Below, piece by piece: positions 24,781-36,710 of a stretch of 64,000 bases of DNA. Both the position numbers and the translations under genes were made by a program. The notes beneath the pieces were generated by a model. It had not been told where the DNA came from and made no database searches. It worked only from the letters and a program-made list of their open reading frames with translations. The DNA is from Oikopleura dioica (taxonomy: Eukaryota; Animalia; Chordata). Numbering within the stretch: the first letter of the stretch is position 1; each line of letters begins with the position of its first letter. The DNA lies in the NCBI GenBank assembly GCA_907165135.1, contig OU015567.1:10044001-10108000 (forward strand), given 5' to 3'.

Positions 24781-25685
24781 CAAAATACAACTTATCATTG
24801 ATATTCAAAGTTAGCTGTCCTCTCAAGGATTTCCACACGTCCTCTAAACTTGTGGAGAGATTTTGATGAGTATCCAAAAATTTGGCGACATTTTTGTGGA
24901 GTATAAGAAATGTGCTTGCACGTTTTCGCAAAGAGGAATTCTCACTCCATCTCAAGGGTTCCTTTGAGTCTCCTTGAATGAGCCCAAATACCAGCACAAA
25001 GTGCGCAGCCGCATCGTTTCTAGCAAAATTTCAGCACTCGGAAAATTTGTTGAACAACCCCTCAGCCACGAGTTCCGAAAAGGCTGAGAATCGCGGTCAG
25101 AATTATGAAAGAACGGGGCCGCGGTTGTTGACTCTAATCGACCGAGCAGGAATTTTTGAGTGTGAAGAGAACTGACAGCTGAAACGAGTTTTGGAAGGAA
25201 GATGCGCCGTTTTCATTAATTAATTGCCGAAAAACGAATCAGTGTTGATTAGCCGCCTGGATGAGAGATTTTGGCTTTTTTATCGAATAAAGCTGCCAGA
25301 TTTTTTTTCGCTTGCAAATGTTGACTTAGAACTAATCTGGCTCAATTAATTTTATCACTTTAAATTTATTGGAACACGTATTGGCCTCTTTAGAGATGTC
25401 CATTACTGTCTAGCCTTTAGTGGAACGTACCGTAAGAACTGTAGATAATCCTCTAGTGGGTAGGTCACTTTTGCGTGTCATTACCCGAAACCGGTTTCTA
25501 AAAGTTACGGTAATTTCGGAAAGGAGCTCCTTTTTGGAGCTTTGCAAATATTGAGTAATTCTCTAGAACACGTTACGTATCCTTACGGATACCTCGTTGT
25601 TGTTGATAGTGTTACGGTTGAAAAATGAGGGCGCTCAATTACAGTAAGCCACTGATTTATGGTCTTTCTTTCGATCGGATTTTAT

Positions 25686-26408
25686 TCAAAAATGCTCCTT
25701 TTGATCGTCGAAAATTCGATGATGATGATGGGGTGATCGAAATTTATGTGGAAGTTTAGGCAGCCGCGGTTGAACTTTAGCTTTTGAGCAAATTGACGAT
25801 GTATTTTTGCAGCTTTTTCGGTTCGAATTATCAGACTCAACATCATCATTGAGGATCACCCCGATGGTTTCATAGTTGCTCAACGATCGAGCATTATACA
25901 AGTCCAGAGTTGATTCCGCTCTTGATTTGGACAGGGGATGTTTGCTAAGATCGAGTCCGACAACGACGGAAGCAGGAGATTCCGCAATTCTGCGACTAGA
26001 ATTGATCGATCCTTCATTCTAAGTAAAATCAAAACCGCAGAGTTTAAACTCCGGCTCTTATCTTCTACCCATCTCTTTTCAAGATAACACGAAATGGTTC
26101 AAAATGGATACGGAAATATTTTGAATAAAGACCGCGTGTTCAATCAAAGCTTCTGGCAACTCGTAAAGATAAAGAAGAAGGAATTCCTTCTAAAAAATTA
26201 AGCATTTTTTAAACCTTATCTTTCAGGCTAGTTCAGCTGGTGCAGAAGAGTTACCCGTCGACGAACATGCAATTTGAATGTCAGAAACTCTTTTAGAGAA
26301 AAAATTGAGAGCTACCTTTTTAGAAAAAATTTTGGAAAAAAATTCTTGAAACATAAACTTCTTCGTCATTTTTACGAAACTTGCTCGTTTGAAAAACGAG
26401 CTGGACAC
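25686..26408 (-). CDS. Possible uncharacterised multi-exon protein
   Basis: After a TTTACTTAG acceptor near 26022 the frame reads NEGSINSSRRIAESPASVVVGLDL..HHHHRIFDDQKEHF*. Upstream exons are uncertain. Confidence 0.3.
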
Positions 26409-26844
26409 CTCTCTTGTGATTCACTGAGCCTGCGTTCTAGCCTAATGGGCTCTAACGAGTTAAGAATGATTATTGCAACGTGTTTTAGAGTACTCCAAAT
26501 TGCCACCTACTAATCAAGGGTTTACAAAATCGCCGACGCTTAAAATCTGAAATTTTCTAACGATCCAGACGCGTTCCGATGCCTATACTTACTTCTATTC
26601 GAGTTTCCTAATTTCCCACAGCTGATCGACAAAGTCATCACTTCGTATTCCCGCTGCGTGTACTCATTATTTTCTAGCGCGATTGCGATAATGCGCTTTC
26701 CTCCAGGTGGCGTTGCAGAAACAGCGCCGCGCTGCGCATATTTAAGCACTCGTCAGCGGCTTGAGGAATCATCCAGCCTTCCGATATTACAAAAAAACTA
26801 ATAAGGGAAGCTCAAGTGAGCCTTTTTTGAAGTTGAAAATAAAA

Positions 26845-27498
26845 ATGAAATTCTCTTCCATTTTCGCCACCTTCTCCGCTGTCGCAGCTCAAGTAAGTTC
26901 AAACAAAAAAGAAACGAGAGATAAAACAGGACCATTCTATAACTGTAATAAAAATAGGAATCCCGAGGAATCAAACCTCCAGGACGACTTGAAAAGACAA
27001 CAGGAAACTTCAAAAAGTGGCTCTCACAAAACATCATCGACGCTGACGCCATCGACAGGTATAATTTCCATCACTCTTTCACCTTATTCATCCAAATCAG
27101 ATGGTCGATTCGAGTGGACAAAATGACCGCCAACATGCTCAGTGCTTACGGCCGAGCAAACTGTGGCTTCTACGACTCATCTTTGACCAACGGTGGTCCA
27201 GACCCAAACCCAGATCTTCGACCCAACGGCAAGCCAAGAAAGGTCTTTGAGCGAAAACGAAGACAGGTCGAAGACGAGGAACTCCGATTGACGAGACCAA
27301 TCCTCTCAAGGGACTGACCCAGATCACCAAGCAGTTCCGAGTCTGGTCCGAGCGACACATCAACGAATGCGGCGGTCAGCGACGATTCAACCACATTGCT
27401 AGAAGAATGGACAAATGGACAAGGTAACTTTCCGTCCCAAAAACGCCAAACAAACCCTCTTTAGCAAACTCGGAAACCGATGGGAGAACCAGTTCTAA
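26845..27498 (+). CDS. Secreted ~170-aa protein, paralog 1 (3 introns; 1-nt deletion near 27289, so possibly a pseudogene or sequence error)
   Basis: Signal peptide MKFSSIFATFSAVAAQ. Near-identical to paralog 2 across RANCGFYDSSLTNGGPDPNPDLRPNGKPRK..ERKRR. CGATTGAC replaces CGATTCGAC and shifts the frame. Confidence 0.75.
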
Positions 27499-28695
27499 CT
27501 CCTCCTTACTCGACTCTTTCTTCATCAGAGCAGTACTCGACAATTCGATCTGAATCCAGCTCGAGCATCAAAATAACGAACAAAACGTCCATCCTTTTTA
27601 TAGTAAAACTTACTCCTGTACAAATGCACAACTCTACTAACACAATTTACTGTCAAATGAGGCGACTGAGCCGACCACTTGACAAAGCAACTTTGCAAAG
27701 TTTGTCTTTATATATCCTTCTTTATAAAAACGAAAAATGACAATAAAAAGCTAAAAAATTAAAAAAAAAACTGAGTCTTTAATTACTCATGCAGTTATCA
27801 TACAAAACGTGAAGTAGAATGGGTTTTCTTGCGAAAGCGGCGGTAGTATTGGAAAAGTGGCAACCGCAAATCGTGGGCAGTAATCGGATAAACGCTCCCA
27901 TATTCGCTAATGGCCGACTCCTTATTCTATTCTTTTTGAGTGGACTCCAAAATAGGCCGCGCTTAGGCCCGGAACTTGGTCAAAGGATTTTCTAAAATAA
28001 ATTTCTAGCTCTAGGTCATTTTTTCTCAATCGATCTCGTTCTCTTCAAAATATGATTATATTTGATTGACAGTGGTAAATGGGCAGTGAATAAATAATAC
28101 TGAGATTTTCGTTCTTCTGGGGCTTCTTAAAGTGTATCCCGTCTTCGTTTTCTCGCCTGTTTTTCTTAATTTCTGTTTTAGTATTAGCTAAAATGGTTGT
28201 TTGAAGTTACCAAGATACTCGTTGATTCTCTTATCAAGTTGTATCAAAAGCTTCTTCACGCCCATGTTAGCTACGAATTGACGATGATCCATATTTGGAT
28301 CTGGAAGTTCGTCCTCTTTTTAGAGAGTAAGCACACGTCCAAAATCGTGACAGCTTTCAAGTGCCAAGTGAAGCAATAGAACAGTAAGAAACTGTCAGTG
28401 GCTAACTCTTTCCTGAAACCAAACGGTTCAAAATGACTTCACCTTCGCGGAGGAATGGAAAGTTGTGATATTTGCTCATGCACCAGATATTGACAAGTTT
28501 CGTTCGTTCTTCAAAAGCTTACAAAAATGCATAGAATTTAAATTCCCAATTTATTAAAAACTTTCCTGGGTACGCTGGCCCGAAAACGACAGTGAATTCG
28601 ACATAGCAGCTCGTGTAGAAAACGTTCCAGCTGAGTCTTGACTCCGGATACACCAAAAACGGAGGTGGAATAAACTTAAAGCTCAATAGATGAAA

Positions 28696-28908
28696 TCATC
28701 GATTTTTAATTACCCTGTGAATGTATTCTTGCGTCTCGATAAGTGCTGCCGTGATTCCCGGATATGGATCCTGCTCTACTTCGTCTTCGGAAGATTCTAA
28801 TTCGTCCATTGCTGGCGCTTCCTCGAAAATTTCATCTTCGCTGTCTGGTTCTCCGAGGCACAAGCAATCATAAATGGAGATATTGGTATTTCTTGGCGTC
28901 GGCGCCAT
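28696..28908 (-). CDS. Small acidic protein (may continue into a further exon)
   Basis: ATG ORF MAPTPRNTNISIYDCLCLGEPDSEDEIFEEA... A possible donor CAG|GGTAATT lies near its end. Confidence 0.35.
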   Translation of the reverse strand: MAPTPRNTNISIYDCLCLGEPDSEDEIFEEAPAMDELESSEDEVEQDPYPGITAALIETQEYIHRVIKNR

Positions 28909-29208
28909 TTTATAAAATGATCAAAAAGTAAAAAACATACTTGTTGGTGTTGGCGCGCTCTAGAGATAAAATCAAATAATTATGTTCGTTTCAATTTCTC
29001 ATTTGCCGATTAGTAAGTCTCACAGCCGATTTTGCTTGATCGGCTAATGATAAGAAAGAGAGACGAGAAGAGATTTTTTTATATATTTTTATTACAAAAG
29101 ATGAGTTAATGGTAACAAAAACTGAAACCAGTCGAGATAATTTTAAGAGGATTTTGTACAGAAAAGGGATTGTAAAACATCTTTTTCTTTCGGGAGGATC
29201 AGTAGAGT

Positions 29209-29715
29209 TTAGGCTTGATTTTCCCATCGAGTTCCGAGCTTGCTGACAAATTTGTCCATTCGTCGAGCGATGTGGTTGAATCGTCGCTGACCGCCGCATT
29301 CGTTGATGTGTCGCTCGGACCAGACTCGGAATTGCTTGGTGATCTGGGTCAGTCCCTTGAGAGGATTGGTCTCGTCGAATCGGAGATCCTCGTCCTCAAC
29401 TTCTCGTCGTTTTCGCTCGAAGGTCTTTCTTGGCTTGCCGTTGGGTCGAAGATCTGGGTTTGGGTCTGGACCACCGTTGGTCAAAGAAGAGTCGTAGAAA
29501 CCACAGTTTGCTCGGCCGTAAGCACTGAGCATGTTGGCGGCCATTTTGTCCACTCGATCAGACCATCTTTGGACGGCGGCTTGGTCGACGATGTTTTGGG
29601 ATAGCCACAGCTTGAAGTTGTTCTGCGTCTTTTCAAGTCGTCCTGGCGGCTTGATTCCTCGCACATCCTGGGAAGCGGCGGCGGAGAAAGTAGCAAAAAG
29701 TGTAGAAAACTTCAT
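29209..29715 (-). CDS. Secreted 168-aa protein, paralog 2 (intronless)
   Basis: Uninterrupted ORF with signal peptide, two Cys and an RKRR site. Upstream TATTTAA. Confidence 0.85.
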   Translation of the reverse strand: MKFSTLFATFSAAASQDVRGIKPPGRLEKTQNNFKLWLSQNIVDQAAVQRWSDRVDKMAANMLSAYGRANCGFYDSSLTNGGPDPNPDLRPNGKPRKTFERKRREVEDEDLRFDETNPLKGLTQITKQFRVWSERHINECGGQRRFNHIARRMDKFVSKLGTRWENQA

Positions 29716-30448
29716 TTTTATCAAGTTTAGTTTTTGAGTGTTTTGAATAACTATCTCAAGTTAAATCGATGACGATAAATCCCCTCGACGCGTTTAAATA
29801 CTCGCGCGGAACATAGATCACGAGCGCCATCTGAGCGCCGCGTTATCACTAAAATTTTAATTTTGACAAGTGCGAGCATCGTTAGTCGCCCGGGTGAGCC
29901 AAGGTCAGGATAATTTTGGAACTCTGATGAGATACGTGTGCAAGTAAAGAAGGTACGTATTCAAATATTAACATTGGGACGGCGTTGTTTCCGAGAAAAA
30001 TGGAATTCTAGCGCTAAATCTTCCTTTTTTCACTTTATCGATGAATACTTTCAAAATTAAATCTCTAGCCGTCTAGTCACTCATTTTCTCAAATCAAGTC
30101 TATCAACAACTGGGCGTGATTTTGCCCCGTCAACCACGGCGCGGAGTACGTTGGAAAATTTACTTGTGGCGAGCTTATTCACTGCCGACGAATATGTTTC
30201 TAATCTCCCCTCTTCTCGGACTTGGCGTCCACATTCGAGCATAAGCTTGATTTTATTAAAGTTTGAATACTGTAAGTAAGTGACTTTAGGAGCTGATTTT
30301 GGCCACAGAGTCGTCTTTTAAGCGTTTCAAAACGAAAATATACGACAATTTCTTCATGATCGAATTAAACTGTTTGATACAGTATCAAAGAAACTGTCAA
30401 ATATCTGAGAAACGCTTTCCTCGATCTGAACTTATCAAGCCAACCGGT

Positions 30449-32722
30449 TCATTTCCTGATCGACTTATTCTCTTCTCTCCCAAGTGCGATAAAATCATAA
30501 ATACCAACGAAGCAGCCAGAATGATTCCCAACGCGAGAACTAGGACCGTTAATTTGGCGAAAATTGAGATTGGAACTTACGAGATAGCTGCGGTTTTCGT
30601 GGAAGAATGATGATGAAACCGGTAATGAGTTGAACTGTGCAGAGAACGTAAACCGCCTTAGCAAGGGTGGTTCGCGTTACCAAAGTCGCGCAATAAGCGC
30701 CTAGACTCGCTCCAACTGGCACCACAGGTACTATGTTGTGGTCAAGCTGCTCTGTATGAGCTTGAATAAATTATTCATCAATTTGACCTTTTCCAGAAAC
30801 AATCCAGTAGTCCCAAGCAATGGTTGCGAGAGTGCCGAGAAAGAATTTATAAGCGAATCCGAAAATGCTGACCATGGCCATGAGGACTACGGATGTTGGG
30901 GTTGCAATCTTTTCCGAAACGCGGAAGTACAGGGTTAGTACGCAGAAGCAGCAAATGTCGACGCCAGATCCAGCGACTCCTGTGAATAATCCGCCGAGGA
31001 AACCTAAACAGCATATATTTGTGGCTCTGTAATCTCTGTATTCAACTGTTGAATTTCAACATCATGTAGATCAATGTACGTTATTATTGCTAAATTTCAA
31101 AAATGTTTCAAGAAAAAGCTGACCATTCAATTGCCCCTTAAGGGTATCTAATGCCCAAATGCTTTATTTTTAAAAAATCTGATTTAAATTATTTAATTTT
31201 ATAATTTGAATGTTTTAGCATTTGTCGTATTTTAGATTCGTCGTACTCCGCGGTCGATACGATGATGATAACTCAACGACATCTGACGTGAAAATCAGGA
31301 TGTTCGATGTCAAAAACTCAAGTTCTCCATCTTCTACCTATAAATTAAAAAAAAAAGAATGAAGTGGAAGGCACGAAAGACAACTGCATAACGAATACCT
31401 CCGTAAGCGTGTCCCTTCCTAGAATTGCTGCTGCTTTAAAAACTAACATCACGATGATTGTTAGTCCCACTAAAATAGTTTAAAATTCGGGAAAGCTTTT
31501 TCAGGATGTCCCTTAATCGTTTTCATAGTCGACTAAAGACTGGAGCATAAGCTGTCTTCTAAAACAGCAAACGCAGAAGACAAACATACCCCGGCCGAAC
31601 AAAAACAGATTTTGGAAAGGAAATCGGAAATTTCAAGCCTGGCTCATTTTTAATTGCCTCTCAAAATATTATCACTAACCAGTTATCACCAAAATCTCTG
31701 CGGAGAACTTTTCATCTTTGCTGATCTCGTCGAAAACTTGTCGATCCTTTTTCTTGTTCAAAATCCAGAGAGCAACGGCAAAGGCGAACCAGATCGAGAC
31801 AAATGATATTTTTGCATGAGCAGGGCTGAATTGATGCTCTTTGAAAACTGACCAGGAAAGAGAAGATGGTCAAGATTCAAGACCACCAGCCTAAGTAAAG
31901 GGTCGATGAAGGTAAATTCAGCGATGAGGCCGAGGATTCCACCAAGAGGGACGAATAGAAGGCAACGTTTTTCTAGCGGAACTTTGCATAGAAATATCTG
32001 TCAAGGGAATTGAAGGTTTTGATTGGTTAACACTGACTTTTGGCTCTTTGCATTGGCTTTCGCAAAAATGATTCGAGAGTCTTCGAATTTTGAAACGTTG
32101 AACTTGCTCGAAAACCTGGAAACAGATCTGCATTTATTTTTTGATTGCTTCGAGTTGAGTCTTTTAAATCCCATTACGAGCAGCTCGCCGAGCTCATGCC
32201 GACAGACTGGATCATCAAGCTAAAGTCTCTGAAAACACAATCGTTAGGATTCAGTTTCGGGAAGGTTTGTTCTTATAGACACCTTGCAATTTTCGGATCG
32301 ATTTTGCAGACCAGAGTCATTACAGGGTAAGCGACGGCTCCACCACCTTAAAACCGCGAAAATTGACGAGTTTCTCGAGTAAATGATAGAAATTGTCTTT
32401 CTAAAAATGATTTGCTAAGAGATAAGATAGAAAGGCTGCACCGCCAATTAACAAATCAAAAAGGTACTTGAGAAGCACTTTTAACTTTACGCTCGCAGAG
32501 GAAATTAGATATAGATGCGTAAAATATCACATTGCTAAAACTTAACACCGTACCTTCGGAAGTGGCACCAGCAACAAACGAGCCGAAAATCATCATTATG
32601 CTGATAAAATAATTGTCTCTGAACTTGAACCACAAATCGAGACGGCTCATTACGATAAGCCATATCGTTTGCACCACCAAATTTGGAGCTAGAACGGGAA
32701 ACATTTTCTTCAAAAAATTCAT
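30449..32722 (-). CDS. TauE/SafE (sulfite-exporter)-type multipass membrane protein, multi-exon
   Basis: Motifs MIFGSFVAGATSEG-GGAVAYPVMTL, DFSLMIQSVGM and GFLGGLFTGVAGSGVDICCFCVLTLYFRVSEKIATPTSVVLMA match the remembered animal TauE-like family. Confidence 0.8.
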
Positions 32723-33534
32723 GTTCAGTTTTGTAGAAGAAAGAAAAAGAAGAGGGGAAAGAGAGGAACAAGTGGGTTTTCAAAAACGCACTGGTTCGGA
32801 ACAAGGTGGAACTGCTGACCTTCTGACTTTCTTCTAGCCATTTTGGAGTGAAAAATTAATAAATATGAGCTGCTTCAGCTCTTTTGGTCGTTTTATTTAG
32901 GATTTATAGATGAGCGTAAATACCCCGCTGTCGAATAATGCCAAAATGTTCATGTTAAATTTAGTTTAAAAACCAAAAGTGGGTCTTATTTTAATCTTAC
33001 GTAGCTAAATTATAGCTCTGTTTGATTTTCCAAGTTTGTGATGTTTTGATTTGATGAGCAAGCTCTTAATTAATTGGCATTTTTCGAGGGCATAATCGGA
33101 AATATCATTTTTTATCTTCTCCAAGGTGGTTTTTTAACATGAACTTGCGTCTTTTTTTTACAGGGAACTCTTGAAGACAAGGCATTACTGAGATCTATTT
33201 AGAACAAAGACAAACATTCTATGTAGATTGAAACGTTTCTTTTGACTGCACCGGTTTTCCCAAGATGGCGGACTGAAACTTTATCTTGCGCAAGTGGCCA
33301 CAGAGGGAAGCAGAACCCGGAGTTAAAAGAACGTTAGCAGAACTAATAACGCGGTTTATAAACAAAATCACGATAGGGTCCCGTTTCTCGATAGGTGGAG
33401 CGCGAGGTCTAAATTGACATTCGGCGGCTATAAAAGCCGAGCCGGAGCAGTGGTTGATCATCAACCGAGCTCAAATCGGAATAAAAAAAAAAGAATTTAT
33501 TCGAAAAAGAATAAAAACTACTAAAACAACGAAG

Positions 33535-34153
33535 ATGAAATTTTCCGCCATTTTCGCTACTTTTTCCGCCGTCGCTGCTCAGGTAAAAAGAGAATCAGAA
33601 TAGAACTTTTACATTTTTATGAAAAATTCGTCTTAACAAAATCGCTTCAGGAGGAGCGAGGAATGCAACCGCCAAAACGATTGGCAAAGACATCGGACAA
33701 TTTCAAGCTCTGGCTCGAGCAGAACATCCAAAAGGCTAGCGACCGAAGCCGATGGTCCGACAGAATCGACAAGATGACTGCCAACATGCTTTCTGCTTAC
33801 GACCGAGAAAACTGCGGCTTCTACGACGAGTCCTTGACCAACGGCGGCCCAGACCCAAACCCAGAGCTCCGACCCAACGGCAAGCCACGAAAAACCTTCG
33901 AACGGCGACGACGACAAGTCGAAGAAGATGAGCTTCGATTTGATGAGACCAACCCCGTCAAGGGATTGAAGCAGATCACCGGCAAGCTCGGACTCTGGGC
34001 CGATCGACACATCAACGAGTGCGGCGGTCAGCGTCGATTCAACCATATCAACCGACGAATGGAAAAATGGGTTACGTAAGTAAACACACCAAATTTCTAA
34101 ATCTCATAATTTTATTCAGCAAACTTACCGCCAAATGGGAAGACCAAGCCTAA
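33535..34153 (+). CDS. Secreted ~170-aa protein, paralog 3 (2 introns)
   Basis: Signal peptide MKFSAIFATFSAVAAQ, then NCGFYD..GGPDPNPELRPNGKPRK..ERRRR..NECGGQRRFNH. Upstream TATAAAA. Confidence 0.85.
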
Positions 34154-34266
34154 GCAAATTCATGAACTTTTTTCTATACCAGAATAATCTTGTTCTTTAA
34201 CTGTAAATCGTAATTATTTCTACTGACACAAAATATTTAATAAAACAGTACAAAAAAAATAATAAC

Positions 34267-36314
34267 TCATCTTCTAAACCGCGGCGTTGGAAAATTATTC
34301 TTTGGCTCAAAATAAGCGCTCTCGATCGCAGTCTCTTGGCTTCCTCTTGCTTGAGAAAGCGATTTTCGTCTATTGTAGGGGGTTCCAATGGCAGAAGCGA
34401 CACCTGAATCGGACTTCTGAGTTCTGTAAGATGGTTGGCGAGAGAGCGCACAATTTTGCGGAATCAGCTGAAGAAGTTGTCCATTTGTCTTGTTCGTCAT
34501 CGGGGATCCGGTAGGGCTAATCTCTACAAGAATTAATATAACGAAATAAAGATTTATTGCCCGACCAGTTCTTGATACACATAGAGATCGATTGTAAGGA
34601 CTCGGGAAAATGTAGAACGGTCTTTCAGAATCGACAACTAAGCAAGGAAACATTTCTGGGATCACTTGCTGGAGTTTTTTAACGATCATAGAAATCATTG
34701 TTCCAGAAAACGACAGCCCCGTTAGTTGCCAGAGATAAACGAGAAATCGGTAAACCCAGTAGCCCAGCCAGTAAATATTATCCCATCGAGTCGGTTGACA
34801 AAACGCCTTTGATGAGACATCGATCGGTGTTCGCTTTACATTGAAGGTTCTTGTCGATTCCTCAACTATAGCTTCAACGCACTCTCCAAGATCAAATTTG
34901 TCCGCGCGACGAGCCCATTCCTCAGGAGGATGAGCTCGGGGAACATAATCGCCGAAACCAATCTTCGCCAAAGAAGTCACTGCGAAATATAGAGCGGTTA
35001 TGAAGGTCCAATCTTCTGTGTACATAAAAATACAGCTAGGAACAATGACGAAAATGATGATCCCAACAGAACAATAAATCAGCTTTGCTTTTCTAAAAAA
35101 AGATGAATTTATTAATTTAATTTTAACCAACCGTATTGTCATCCATGAGGAATTATTTCGCCTATTCCATGTCGTAGTAAAAATAACAAGAAGTTTTGCC
35201 ACGATATCATTTATATGAGTTTTTGGGGATCATTCTTGATCTTTGTAAAGTTTACAAGTTTTAGAATGGAAACTAAAAAGTTGAAAAATTAAAGATCCCT
35301 TATCAAATGAGCGATGCAAATAAGGGTATCGCGAAGGCGCTGCTAACGATGCACATAGTTTTTCCAAGTCTAGTCTGAAATAAAATTCTGTCTGGGATCT
35401 TCAAAAAGCTCAATACATGTGGTACAATTTGGCCGTAGCCGATAGTAGATGCCAATGAGCCCATGAAAACAAAAGCATTTCCGTAAGTCCAATTTCCGAT
35501 ATGACAGATATTTGACCAGTCGTGAAAATGAATCGCGTAGTTGATCGTTTCGAAAGATAGTTCGATGATGTTCGAACCTTTGATGCTCAACGTGCGGTTC
35601 ACGGGCTTGTGGAGCTAGAGACCATTAGTCTTCGTTGATTTCAAGATTTTTTGTTTACGTTTTCAAGAAGCTTTTTCCAGCCAGTAAGGTATTCTCCACG
35701 CTCTTGTCCTTGAAGAGTCGCTGTCAAACTATCGACGATTTGCTTTGTTCAATATAAATTTGTTGTATAAAATGAGCGTTACTTGTGAGCACTTATTTTC
35801 GAGCATTTGCGTCCATATATTCATCAGTTTTGGGGAAGGACTAAAATGATTCTTAGTGAGCCTTCTGAACTGGGATTCTTTGAATTGTTCCAATCGCTTT
35901 CAGGGCTTTTTCAGACAATGAATAAAAATTTTTTAGTAAAAAAACCCTTTCTCGCACACTTCAGCATTGTATCCAAATCGGTAAAAGTTACCAGAGAAGA
36001 GGTCATTTCTCTAAGAATTTTATTCCGTCGGTTCGTCTCAGAGATTCTCCTACCATATTCACAAAAAGCTCGTTTTCGATTTCTTGGCATCTCTGTTCTT
36101 TTGCTGGCTGCTCGATTTCCATAAAAATAAAGGAACCAAAAAATAAATAGCCGATATAAAACATGAGCTTGATCCAAATTGTCATTTGAAAGTTTCGTGG
36201 GCGCTCTTCTTTCTTTGGTTGCCCTAAAATTGTATAGAAGATACGATAAAAATTTAAAGGAAGACCTTTCATCAATTTTCGGGTTGAAAATCTCTCCTTT
36301 CTTTTTCGCCTCAT
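34267..36314 (-). CDS. KCNK: Two-pore-domain potassium channel (K2P) with atypical second pore
   Basis: M1 YIGYLFFGSFIFMEIE, P1 NWTYGNAFVFMGSLASTIGYGQIVP, P2 WTFITALYFAVTSLAKIGFGDYVP. Confidence 0.85.
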
Positions 36315-36710
36315 GATCTGATCATTCCCAGCTTACTTGGAGCTTTTTGAGCAAATAGCTAATATGCCTGTCGATTTCGCTATTGAGAAGCGTTATTAAC
36401 TTTATAATGACGATGTCAAAAATAAAAATCTGCAAGTTGCAAGCTTTTGCTCTGTAACGGCAGAAATATTACATTATCTGTTTTTTTTCACTAGAAATCG
36501 CCTACTCGTTATCAATTTTAAATCTTTTCCCGAAAGGCTAGTTCCGATCTCGGCGATAATCACCTGCGCCGCCGAAATCTCCTGGTCTCCCGCTGATTCG
36601 TTGTCCAAATTCCTTCGCACTTGGCGCCCTCTTTTGGGCACATGAGCCGAATAAATTGACGCTGTAATTCTCAAATCCATCACAACAAACGATCACTGCA
36701 TTACAACAAA

